From Gammaproteobacteria bacterium (GTDB taxonomy: Bacteria; Pseudomonadota; Gammaproteobacteria; GCA-001735895), in assembly GCA_050295575.1 (NCBI GenBank), contig JBNKPX010000001.1:28884-92883 (forward strand): 64,000 nucleotides of DNA. The letters are read 5' to 3'. Numbering within the stretch: position 1 is the stretch's first letter; the number at the start of each line of letters is the position of its first letter. Below the pieces are notes generated by a model. It worked only from the letters and a program-made list of their open reading frames with translations, was not told where the DNA came from and searched no databases. The position numbers and the translations under genes are program-made. Positions 38,985-48,097 of this stretch are shown one piece after another.

Positions 38985-40805
38985 TTAAAACGGAAAAAAT
39001 ATCGGCGTTAGCAGTAGCGCAATAATCATTGCCGCAATTTGAAGCGGTACCCCTACTTTGACAAAATCTAAAAACGTGTATTTTCCAGGCGCCAGGATCA
39101 GAGTATTCACCGGCGATGCTATTGGTGTCGCAAAGGCAGTCGATGCGGCCAGAGCAACCATCATCATATAGGGCTGTGGATTAACCCCGAGAGATTGTGC
39201 AGCACTTATTGCAATCGGGGCGACCAGCACCGTGGTTGCAGTATTTGAGATAAACTGGCTGAAGATAGAGGTAAAGATAAACAGGGCTGCCCCCAATGCC
39301 ATTGGACTACTTCCACCAAAAGCATCCACCAACTGATCAACTATCAGCCTGGCCGCTCCTGTTTTTTCCATAGCAGTAGCCACCGGAAGCATACAGGCTA
39401 TCAGTATCAGACTAGAGGGTTTAAGTGATTTATAGGCCTCTTGCATAGTGACGCAACCACTAATCACCATAGCCAGTGCCGCTGCCATCACCGCCGTCAG
39501 CGTGGGTAACCAGCCCATCGTCATACAGATCAGCATCAATAGCATAATGAGTAATGCCATCGGAGCCTTATGGGCATGAGAAGGCGCTTCCACCATTTCA
39601 GCCGGAGTTTCGACAACGATAAAATCTCTCCGGTCATTCAACTTCTCTATATAGTTCCAGCCACCAGCCAGTAATAAGCTATCAGCAAATCTTAGTGGGG
39701 TGCCATCGAAGTCGGTCGTTAGTGCTTCATCATCGCGTAATATCCCAATCACACTGAGCCCAAATTTTTCTCTGAATCCACCCTCTTTGATGGTTTTCCC
39801 AACCAGTGAAGATCCGCGCCGTAACATAACCTCGGCTACCCCGAACTCACTATGCATTTTCCGAATCAGGCCCCTGGGGAAGTCATCTGAGGTCAGGTTT
39901 AAAGCCTCGCAGATCAAGCTGATTTGTTTAGCATCCGCATAAACCATTAACTCATCGTTCTTTTTGATGATGGTTTGCAGGGTTACCGGTAACAGCATCG
40001 AGGTTAAACGGCCTTTGCGACGGATACCGAATACAGTAACCTCATAGTTAGTACGTAATCCCGCAGAGGCAACAGTCTCGCCGATCAGTTTCGAATCTGC
40101 TGCTACCGATAGCAGCTGCAATTGATCAGCAATACCGTAACGCTCAGCAAACTCATGTAAATGAGGATGAGGTTGATCGGGGTTTCTGATATCAGCATTG
40201 GGCAACAACCTTCGACCAATAACAATCAGATAAAACATACTGAAAATTAGTATGACAATGCCTATTGGAGTGAAATCGAAAAAATTAAAGGGGGCCAGTC
40301 CAGCCTGCTGCAGGGTCTCACTGGCGACGATGTTAGGCGGAGTACCAATCAGCGTTAACATACCACCAACAAGAGATGCGAAGGCCAGAGGCATCAGCAG
40401 TTTAGACGGAGACATACCCGATTTTCGGGACAGACTAAGGACAACCGGAATAAGTAAGGCCACTGCACCTGTCGAGCTCATAAAAGCTGATAAGGTCGCA
40501 ATCACCGGGAGCAAAAACAGAAGCAAACGAGTCTCGCTGTTACCTCCCATATTCAGAATCCACTGCCCTGCCGCGGCAGCGACTCCGGTACGAAATAGAC
40601 CCTCACCGACAACAAATAACCCTGCAATCATTATCACAACAGAATTACCAAAGCCTGAAAAAACTTCAGAAGCGCTGATAACGCCGGAAAATGCCAATGT
40701 CATTGCCACCATTAAAGCGACTATATCCATGCGGATACGATCCCAGATAAACAAGCCAATAGTGATAGCTAACAGGCAAAATATAAACAGGATTTCTCCG
40801 GTCAT
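38985..40805 (-). CDS. SLC13/DASS-family anion permease with two central TrkA_C (RCK_C) domains
   Basis: 606 aa. The N- and C-terminal membrane halves share the repeated 'TPPN' / 'SPVNTL' hairpin motifs. Two cytoplasmic TrkA_C-like segments lie between them. Confidence 0.75.
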   Translation of the reverse strand: MTGEILFIFCLLAITIGLFIWDRIRMDIVALMVAMTLAFSGVISASEVFSGFGNSVVIMIAGLFVVGEGLFRTGVAAAAGQWILNMGGNSETRLLLFLLPVIATLSAFMSSTGAVALLIPVVLSLSRKSGMSPSKLLMPLAFASLVGGMLTLIGTPPNIVASETLQQAGLAPFNFFDFTPIGIVILIFSMFYLIVIGRRLLPNADIRNPDQPHPHLHEFAERYGIADQLQLLSVAADSKLIGETVASAGLRTNYEVTVFGIRRKGRLTSMLLPVTLQTIIKKNDELMVYADAKQISLICEALNLTSDDFPRGLIRKMHSEFGVAEVMLRRGSSLVGKTIKEGGFREKFGLSVIGILRDDEALTTDFDGTPLRFADSLLLAGGWNYIEKLNDRRDFIVVETPAEMVEAPSHAHKAPMALLIMLLMLICMTMGWLPTLTAVMAAALAMVISGCVTMQEAYKSLKPSSLILIACMLPVATAMEKTGAARLIVDQLVDAFGGSSPMALGAALFIFTSIFSQFISNTATTVLVAPIAISAAQSLGVNPQPYMMMVALAASTAFATPIASPVNTLILAPGKYTFLDFVKVGVPLQIAAMIIALLLTPIFFPF

Positions 40806-41413
40806 GATGATCTCCAGTGTTTTTGGGATAGTAGCAGGGTTATGAATTCTAGCAATGGATTAAACTGTTTCTTGCAACTGATTCGCCAACAAGAACAATT
40901 TCAATAACAATCGATGGTTTGTCGTAAACCGTGTAGCTCTACTTAATAGCAGCTAGCCAAGATGTGTTTGATACAATTTTTAAAAGCAACTAATAATAAA
41001 CGGTAAACAGAAACGTTTGAAAATTATCCACGCAGTCTTGCTGTAATAAGGTCAGGGACTGTTACCATCACAAATACTGGTAATTGCTTCTTTTTTTGGC
41101 CTTCAACCCGAACCTCAGCATGTCCCGGCGGCCACTACTGACCTGATGCTTAATCATCGATCATGTCATCTAAAGCCTGCTCAAGTTGATCTCTTATGGG
41201 TCGCTAAACTGATGAATGCCCTGTCATGAAGATATTCGTCGAACCCGGCCGATTTACCTGCACCGTGAAGCGCTGGACTTTCGTAAATCCCTCAATGGAC
41301 CGGCGTTGATAGTCGAACAGACAATGACCTGATGGGCCATCAGTCCATGTATTGTGCTCAGGCAGGGTAACTTTATACCCTGATTTAACGCTGCTTTTTT
41401 GGAAAATATCGAC

Positions 41414-41640
41414 ATGAAAACTGCTGTAGCAACTTTGCTAGATGATAATAATAAGCTCAAAGTGCTGTTGCTTATAGAGCGTCAGTTAAGAGCTGAGCAA
41501 TACCACGAGATAAAACGTCTCAAACAAAGTTACCAACAACTTCTGGAATAATTCCGTCTGTCGCAACAGTGTCAATTTGGAAAAAGCAACGAACTCAGTG
41601 CTGATCAATTGTTACCGTGGAACATAAAACCTGATCAATG
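41414..41640 (+). mobile_element. degraded IS66-family transposase N-terminal fragment (remnant)
   Basis: 'MKTAVATLLDDNNKLKVLLLIERQLRAEQYHEIKRLKQSYQQLLE' reads as a leucine-zipper segment. After a frameshift, 'QFGKSNELSADQLLPWN' resembles the IS66 TnpC N-terminus ('RFGRSSEKL..DQL.LF'). It lies in a 1.2-kb gene-free gap. Confidence 0.4.
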
Positions 41641-42066
41641 AACAGCTGGGGTTGTCTGGACGGTTACGATTATCTAAAAACACTGCTTGAATAAAAACAA
41701 AACAGCCTGAAGATATTGATGACCCATTGTCGTTGAATATAACTGACTCAAATCTCATTCCTTTTTGTATTTTGACTGGTGGTATTTAAGAATTCAACAA
41801 GGCATGTACTATTGCCCATAGATTGTAGTCTTTTTCCTATGCGGCTCCATTAGCTATAACACTGCTCCACTTGATTAGTGTCTGTATTAAGTAGCGCATA
41901 GTTATGGCTAATGATTTGCTCAAAGGTTTACCGCGGCAACCGGACGCTCACGATGCTAACTATAAAAATCATAGCTCCTGTTGGTGGCGCAAGCCTGACG
42001 ATTAAGCATTAACTCCTAACGATGAAAAATATTTTCATCCAGGCATTATTCGGGTTTAGTTTTGTT

Positions 42067-43329
42067 TTATGGCAAAATTTTGGCTCTGGTATTGATCAGT
42101 AGGGCCTCACCCAAAAGCGCTAATTCCATGGCAATAGCTTGTCGGTGACGTTGAGTAGCATTATCAATACTATTTTTTTGGCGCTCTATACTGATAGGTT
42201 TGCCTAATAGGTATCTTTGACCTGCAATAAAATTTCTTCCATGATTCATCCAGAGCTTTTTGACTTTTTCGTAATCTGGATACGGGAGATTTTCATCTTC
42301 ATCGAGTTCAACAGCTTCGTCTTCAATTTCATCATCATCTTGAACTCCCTGCTCGCTCTTGCTGACGTCGATAAGTTGATATTGTTCAAGATCTATGCCG
42401 GTGATGAGACAAAATGCTTCAGCCGCTAGTTTCGATACCGATTCATCCTGCATCTTATTGATCAGCCAGTTTACTGCATGCGGGTCTCCTAAAACCCCGG
42501 TTGCCTTTATAACATTCCTCATCTGACCATCACCCTTTGCGAGGGTTGAAATCCAGACGCGTGCCTGATCGAGTGGAAGCACTCTGAAAGCCATGTTGAT
42601 AGCAAGGGTCTGGTAAGGGCCAGGGTTAAACACATAAGGCTCCAGGCCTTTGATAATATCGCGTTTACCTAACAGGATAGAGGACCATATAGCCCAGAAT
42701 CGAATATTATCGTCTTCTGAATTTAATGCTGCTTCTAGAAAAGGCATCAAGTCCAGCCGTCTTAACTCACCGATTAGTCTTAGAGAACGACTGTATAATG
42801 CGAGATGCTCTTTGCAATCGTCTCTTTCTAAAATTCGAGTCAGGTATTCTTCAGGGTTTTCTCTGCGAACGCTGCATGCGGCTATAGCAAGATATTTATG
42901 ATTGAGATCTTTACTGATAAAAAACTTCTTAATCCAGCTATGAACCAGTTTCCCTGGAAGCCATCCTAGCGCTGAAATCAATCCCTTTACAGCCGTCTCA
43001 CTTGAAAGGCCAACTTCCACGACCTGTTGAATTTTATTCATATCATGGCTTCTAAAGGCAACTACAGCTGCTGTGAAGACCTCTCCGGGTTCAGCTAGCT
43101 CCAGAGCATGCTCACATAAGGGCCAGGCGGCATCTATTGAGGTCATTAAAGCATCTAATTGAGCATTAATGCGCTGCTCTAGCTCCTGGATATCTGCAGG
43201 ATAATAATGCGGCTGATTTACAGCAATTGAACGTAACACCCACAAAAAGGAGGCATTATCAACATACTGCTCAAAAATCTCTGTGAAAGAGCTTGCGCCC
43301 AAATGGTCTATTGTAGAAGCAGTATTCAT
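42067..43329 (-). CDS. HEAT/PBS-lyase-like repeat protein (TIGR02270-like), last gene of the vgrG cargo module; candidate T6SS effector or immunity protein
   Basis: 420 aa of alpha-helical repeat protein with an acidic stretch 'QDDDEIEDEAVELDEDENLPYPDYEK'. It starts 12 bp downstream of the DUF4150 gene. Confidence 0.45.
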   Translation of the reverse strand: MNTASTIDHLGASSFTEIFEQYVDNASFLWVLRSIAVNQPHYYPADIQELEQRINAQLDALMTSIDAAWPLCEHALELAEPGEVFTAAVVAFRSHDMNKIQQVVEVGLSSETAVKGLISALGWLPGKLVHSWIKKFFISKDLNHKYLAIAACSVRRENPEEYLTRILERDDCKEHLALYSRSLRLIGELRRLDLMPFLEAALNSEDDNIRFWAIWSSILLGKRDIIKGLEPYVFNPGPYQTLAINMAFRVLPLDQARVWISTLAKGDGQMRNVIKATGVLGDPHAVNWLINKMQDESVSKLAAEAFCLITGIDLEQYQLIDVSKSEQGVQDDDEIEDEAVELDEDENLPYPDYEKVKKLWMNHGRNFIAGQRYLLGKPISIERQKNSIDNATQRHRQAIAMELALLGEALLINTRAKILP

Positions 43330-43341
43330 TTAGGGATGATA

Positions 43342-43722
43342 CTACCCTACAATATTTTTCTTATTATGAAATAGTGGGTCACCTAAACGACATACATTTT
43401 TGCCTTCAAATTTAACGTCGAATGAGTACATCATAAACTCACACTCTGCTTTGATAGTATGACTGGCAATACCTTTCTTATTACCTGCTTGATCACCAGT
43501 ACTTTTACTGTATTTAGAACCTTTTACCATTGGCATTTTCCCATCAGTTTTTATCGATTTTGGGCCTTTAACAGTATCTTTTGATTTGCCAATATTAGGA
43601 TACGGAATAGGAACTACCGAATTTCCTATTTGTGTTAAACAGACATCTGGGAAAACCGTGCTCACCCCTCCGCTCCCTTTATGTGCTATTCCGCGAGTAT
43701 TAGAAAACGTAGTTTGTCCCAT
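43342..43722 (-). CDS. DUF4150 PAAR-like domain protein (short, no toxin extension)
   Basis: 'FPDVCLTQIG..VPIPYPNIG' and 'FEGKNVCRLGDPLFHNKKN' match PAAR-like DUF4150 signatures. The protein is only 126 aa. Confidence 0.65.
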   Translation of the reverse strand: MGQTTFSNTRGIAHKGSGGVSTVFPDVCLTQIGNSVVPIPYPNIGKSKDTVKGPKSIKTDGKMPMVKGSKYSKSTGDQAGNKKGIASHTIKAECEFMMYSFDVKFEGKNVCRLGDPLFHNKKNIVG

Positions 43723-43766
43723 TTTTTAACCTTTCTCTCAATTAAACCAATAGTTTTGGCTTATGT

Positions 43767-44759
43767 TTAACGTCTTAACGATATTGTGGCACTTTTAATT
43801 TTAAGCGATTTTTTATCGCAAGGTAAAGATGCACGCCAAACCATGCTTAACCTCACCAGATTCGGCTCTAATAATACGGTTTCCAGATTGAATTCTGGAC
43901 TGTGCATTGCGTTCTGTATACTGATATTAGATTTCAAGCCAACACTGGGCAAATTGAATTGCATTTTACCTGATGGATGCATACCCGTAATTTCGACCGG
44001 CTCACCGCCTTTTAAATACCCTGTCGCTACTAAATCAGGATGAGCCATGTTTAAAAACCTGCTATCAAAATCCTTTGGTAAATACGGGGCTCGATTTGCT
44101 TGCCACAGATCATCATAGGTACCAACATAGTCTGAGCGAGGTTTCCAGGCTGGAGAAATAAAGCCAAAACCGGCTGGATAGGGTATATCTTGAATATTCC
44201 TGATTAATTGTGCAGGATCTTCCAGATTTGGTAAGGGAACCCCATTCATCTCAGAGCCTTTACGTGACCCGGCAAATCCACAGCCAACAGGATTTCGTTC
44301 ATCTGCCGAATCGATCTCACCATCAATGATATGCATGCCACCGAAAGATTTTTCATAAACCATAGGCATGCTCGTAAAGGGCTTAGGAGAAGATATTTTT
44401 CCGTCAATCCACTCCCTGTCACCAAACACAGATATTGTCTTATGCAAAGATGCGATCTGTAGACCAACGTCCAACTGTTTAACCTTTTCCTTGCCTGGAG
44501 AACAGGCTAGACCATTCATTATGATATCTGTACCAGGTTTACCAATATGAAAGTCGGAAGCATATTTAAGGCTGGAGGTTTCAGGCTCTCCGTAATAGAT
44601 GTCCTCATCTATGGGCTCTATTTGCTCTTCCAGTAAAGTCCACTTATCTGCAATGTAAAAGCTGGCTTTTACGATCAGGTACAGGGTGTCTACGCCATGT
44701 TGATCAGGAAAAAGTGCAATCTTGGCAGCAAAGGGCGTTTTATTCTCAAGCTGTAACAT
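43767..44759 (-). CDS. DUF2169 family protein (T6SS adaptor for DUF4150/PAAR-like cargo)
   Basis: The N-terminus 'MLQLENKTPFAAKIALFPDQHGVDTLYLIVKASFYI' matches the DUF2169 signature (N.TPF...D..G...L.vVvKaTF). It sits between vgrG and the DUF4150 gene, as in the Agrobacterium vgrG2 / Atu3641 / tde2 arrangement. Confidence 0.65.
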   Translation of the reverse strand: MLQLENKTPFAAKIALFPDQHGVDTLYLIVKASFYIADKWTLLEEQIEPIDEDIYYGEPETSSLKYASDFHIGKPGTDIIMNGLACSPGKEKVKQLDVGLQIASLHKTISVFGDREWIDGKISSPKPFTSMPMVYEKSFGGMHIIDGEIDSADERNPVGCGFAGSRKGSEMNGVPLPNLEDPAQLIRNIQDIPYPAGFGFISPAWKPRSDYVGTYDDLWQANRAPYLPKDFDSRFLNMAHPDLVATGYLKGGEPVEITGMHPSGKMQFNLPSVGLKSNISIQNAMHSPEFNLETVLLEPNLVRLSMVWRASLPCDKKSLKIKSATISLRR

Positions 44760-44786
44760 CAGGAATGATTTCTAATAGCCATTCGC

Positions 44787-45341
44787 TTAATTAACCTGAA
44801 CGGAACCACCCAGAATACGGTTCACTCCAGTTGAACGATTAAGCAGGTACTTCCCACGAATCATTATTTTGCCCTCTTTAGTAAGAGTAATACTGGCTTC
44901 ACCACACTTTAGAACAATTTCATCGTGAGCTTCGATTTCGACTCTTTTTCCATCAACAACTGTCGTCGTGTTTGCAAGATTAAGCGAGCTAGCGGTATCA
45001 TTTTTATTATCAACTACATTTTCAAATGTTTGCGCAGTCGTTAATTCAAAGTTTTCAATCATCTCCTGTAAAGGAGAATGAACAAAACCTATTATGATGG
45101 GTTTAGTCAGATTGCCTTCTTTAAACATTAAAACAACCTTTCGACCAACCTGTTGGGGTGTGATGGAAACGGTGGAGATAGAGACTAATGGATGTTTAGT
45201 TTGGTTAACGGAGAAATTAACCATAGGCTCACCCAACGCGTTCAACTGAGTAAGCTCACCTATAATTACATCGCCTTGAGGTAGTTCATACGTTGAAGTC
45301 TGTAGATTTTCATCAATCGAAATTGAATTCTTATTCACCAT
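44787..45341 (-). CDS. hypothetical VgrG-associated protein (184 aa)
   Basis: It lies immediately downstream of vgrG (9-bp gap) with a beta-rich predicted composition. No family was confidently recognised. Confidence 0.45.
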   Translation of the reverse strand: MVNKNSISIDENLQTSTYELPQGDVIIGELTQLNALGEPMVNFSVNQTKHPLVSISTVSITPQQVGRKVVLMFKEGNLTKPIIIGFVHSPLQEMIENFELTTAQTFENVVDNKNDTASSLNLANTTTVVDGKRVEIEAHDEIVLKCGEASITLTKEGKIMIRGKYLLNRSTGVNRILGGSVQVN

Positions 45342-45350
45342 TCATCATAC

Positions 45351-47312
45351 CTAGTTGGTAGATACCTTACTGCCTTTAATAGTGACATTACTTGAGGCTT
45401 TAATATTCACATTTGAAGAGCCGTTAACAACTATATTTTTCCCCTTAATGGTTATATCACCATTCTTTTTCATAGTTATTGATGCAGAACCTGTCTTCAA
45501 AATAATCTGGTCTCCAGCATCAATAAGTATATTTTTACCTACCTGTTCACTAAGGTTATCACCTACCGTAACAGACATATCCTTGCCGATAGACTCAGTA
45601 AGATTTTTACCGACCGTAACAGACATATCCTTGCCGATGGACTCAGTATGGTCTTTACCGACATCAATTGTCTTATTTTCGCCAATTGACTCACTTTGAT
45701 TTTTAGCCACAGACTTATTTCGATCATTACCGATACTTGAGTCTTCGTTGTGACCAATTGTTTTAGTTCTATCGTTGTCCACCGAAAGTGTTTCATTATT
45801 TTCAACTTCGGTATCCATATTTAACTCGGCATGGACGTAGATCTGTTCCGAGCCTTTTAGGTCATCAAAACGAAATTCATTGCAGTTTGATGAAGTACCT
45901 TTTTTGGTAGAACGAGTACGGATTCCTGACTGTGTCTTAGAACTAAATGGAATGCTGTTATCGCCATTATACAGGGAACCTGTAACTATTGGCCGGTCTG
46001 GGTCACCGTCAAAGAAATTGACAACAACTTCCATGCCTATACGAGGAATAAATGAGGTGCCCCAACCTGAGCCAGCCCATGGCTGCATAACTCTCAGAAA
46101 ACAACTACTGTTTTCATTGCGTTTTCCTTCTCGATCCCAGTGGAACTGAACCTTAATTCTGCCAAGATCATCGATATAAATTTCTTCACCAGAAGGTCCA
46201 ACCACAGTGGCTGACTGAGGCCCCTGCATCCAGGGTTTATGATGAATTAATGGCGGTCTGTAATAGACTTTTTCAGGGATACAGGTAAAGTCATTAGAAT
46301 AATCAGAGCTACCCTCGTGTCCAGCCAGATAGCTGTCATCTGAGGCTCTGTGGTGTATTGAGGTGATGACATATTCACCCTGCTCTTCTTTCACCGCATG
46401 TTTTTTTAAGGTGAATTTTCCACCCGCATAAAAACTGGAGCAATCGCTTGAGGCCTGAATGGTGTTCATTGGAACTTCTTCGGCCTGAATACGCTTTTCA
46501 GTTAGGTCATTGATACCGGCAAAGTCATGGTAAGGCGTATATTCATAATGTTCGTATGATTTAGCCTTGGCAAAGTTACTGGTAGAGTCTCTGGATTTAA
46601 TCTGATCAGTGCCGGGAGAGTTAAAATCATAGTCATCTAAGGTCCATTTACCTTTTCTGAACTCATACAGATGCTCCCATCGATTGATCTGAGTATTGGG
46701 TTGATTGCCTTTTGAATAGGTAAGGTCAGTTTCCTTGCAGTTTGAATACGCATTTTGCGCATCAACAATATGCATCATATGCGAATCGTTAATATGCTCA
46801 AAATAATATGCAATACCATCTTCTTCCAGTAGTCTGGAGACAAAATCAAAGTCACTTTCGTTGTGTTGAACACAATACTCGCGTGGCGTTGTGTTTCCGC
46901 TAGCCTTAAATTTAAAATCATTAAACCCAAGATCGTTAAAAACCTGGGTTACGATAGCTTTGGTTGTTTTATTCTGAAAGATTCGATGTTCGTTGGTTTT
47001 GGTTAAAAACCATAACCAGGGAACCATAGTTAATTGGTATGTACGAAGATTATCGGATTTTACTTCACCATACACGAAGCGGCTGATAAAGCCGTTGAAG
47101 GTTCTTTTTAAGTCATTCTGAATTGTAACTGTGGCAGGCTTGCCAATCAGTTGCTCAGGTTTAAGATTATGGTTTTTTGATAGTACCTGAATTTCAAATT
47201 CAAACACATCTGAGATTGATTCGACTCCTTCGATGGAAGTTAACAATAACTCATCTTTCGGCAGAGTCGTGGAGATTGATAGCAGTCTATTGTCTTGAGT
47301 GAGCTGACTCAT
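45351..47312 (-). CDS. vgrG: Type VI secretion spike protein VgrG (TssI)
   Basis: 653 aa with gp27-like N-terminal and gp5-like OB regions. C-terminal beta-helix octapeptide repeats read 'GKDMSVTVGKNLTESIGKDMSVTVGDNL'. Confidence 0.9.
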   Translation of the reverse strand: MSQLTQDNRLLSISTTLPKDELLLTSIEGVESISDVFEFEIQVLSKNHNLKPEQLIGKPATVTIQNDLKRTFNGFISRFVYGEVKSDNLRTYQLTMVPWLWFLTKTNEHRIFQNKTTKAIVTQVFNDLGFNDFKFKASGNTTPREYCVQHNESDFDFVSRLLEEDGIAYYFEHINDSHMMHIVDAQNAYSNCKETDLTYSKGNQPNTQINRWEHLYEFRKGKWTLDDYDFNSPGTDQIKSRDSTSNFAKAKSYEHYEYTPYHDFAGINDLTEKRIQAEEVPMNTIQASSDCSSFYAGGKFTLKKHAVKEEQGEYVITSIHHRASDDSYLAGHEGSSDYSNDFTCIPEKVYYRPPLIHHKPWMQGPQSATVVGPSGEEIYIDDLGRIKVQFHWDREGKRNENSSCFLRVMQPWAGSGWGTSFIPRIGMEVVVNFFDGDPDRPIVTGSLYNGDNSIPFSSKTQSGIRTRSTKKGTSSNCNEFRFDDLKGSEQIYVHAELNMDTEVENNETLSVDNDRTKTIGHNEDSSIGNDRNKSVAKNQSESIGENKTIDVGKDHTESIGKDMSVTVGKNLTESIGKDMSVTVGDNLSEQVGKNILIDAGDQIILKTGSASITMKKNGDITIKGKNIVVNGSSNVNIKASSNVTIKGSKVSTN

Positions 47313-47484
47313 ATTTATTGCGCCTTTATTTTGCGATTCATCTATCCATATTTCCCAAAAATAATCAGCACTAATCTCTGGATACGATCACCAGAGATTA
47401 TTTCCGAAATTAATGAGTATCGCCTAAATCAGATACTACGAAGAGATACTTGTCATTAGATAGCAGATTAATCTGCTGTCTAAA

Positions 47485-47967
47485 TTATAACGGTTTCGCA
47501 GTTTCCAGGTCGTAACCAACGCGCTGTGGATTACCTGATTTATTAGTTTTGTCAAAATCACTGTAGTTGATCATGATTTTAGCATAGCTAAGTGTAATCT
47601 GTTCCATAGGCTCACCTTCTGAATCAGCAGAAATAGAGTATCCACTAACCAGACAGTTTTCCAGGGTATAATCCATATATTCCTGTACCTTATCTGCACC
47701 AGTTCGTACGAACTTGATGACAACCTTTTTACCAGCACTACCAGTTACAGCTTCTTTAAAGATGGCTGTTACAGAATTATCAGCAGGTTTGGTTAAAGTG
47801 ATTTCACTTAAGCTAGGACGAGTAGACTCACGGTTAGACAGATTACCGGCTTCCATTGAGATGCCACGACCGACTGCGAATTGGACAGACTGTACAGCAA
47901 TATGATCTTTATAACCATCTGCAGTAACATTTCCTTTAATTCCGTCATATAGTAAATATATTGCCAT
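47485..47967 (-). CDS. hcp: Type VI secretion tube protein Hcp (TssD)
   Basis: 160 aa. The N-terminus 'MAIYLLYDGIKGNVTADGYKDHIAVQSVQFAVGRG' matches the Hcp1 family. Confidence 0.9.
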   Translation of the reverse strand: MAIYLLYDGIKGNVTADGYKDHIAVQSVQFAVGRGISMEAGNLSNRESTRPSLSEITLTKPADNSVTAIFKEAVTGSAGKKVVIKFVRTGADKVQEYMDYTLENCLVSGYSISADSEGEPMEQITLSYAKIMINYSDFDKTNKSGNPQRVGYDLETAKPL

Positions 47968-48035
47968 TTTCCTTTTCCGTTTATGTTGTTGAAGAGTTTG
48001 AGAATATTAATTGAAATTGATAAATTAAACAACGC

Positions 48036-48060
48036 TATATGTATGAAATATTTACATATA
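48036..48060. promoter_or_regulatory. 8-bp perfect inverted repeat upstream of hcp (candidate operator)
   Basis: 'tatatgta' - 9 nt - 'tacatata', about 70-95 bp upstream of the hcp start codon in a very AT-rich leader. Confidence 0.3.
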
Positions 48061-48097
48061 GTTGCATATTGAAATTTATGTTAAAGCAGCCAATTTA

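Noticed and set aside
42067-47967. Complete type VI secretion system locus
   Set aside because: Only hcp, vgrG and cargo/adaptor genes are present. No tssA-M core genes (TssB/C sheath, TssM, ClpV and so on) occur in the window, so this is an auxiliary hcp-vgrG island.
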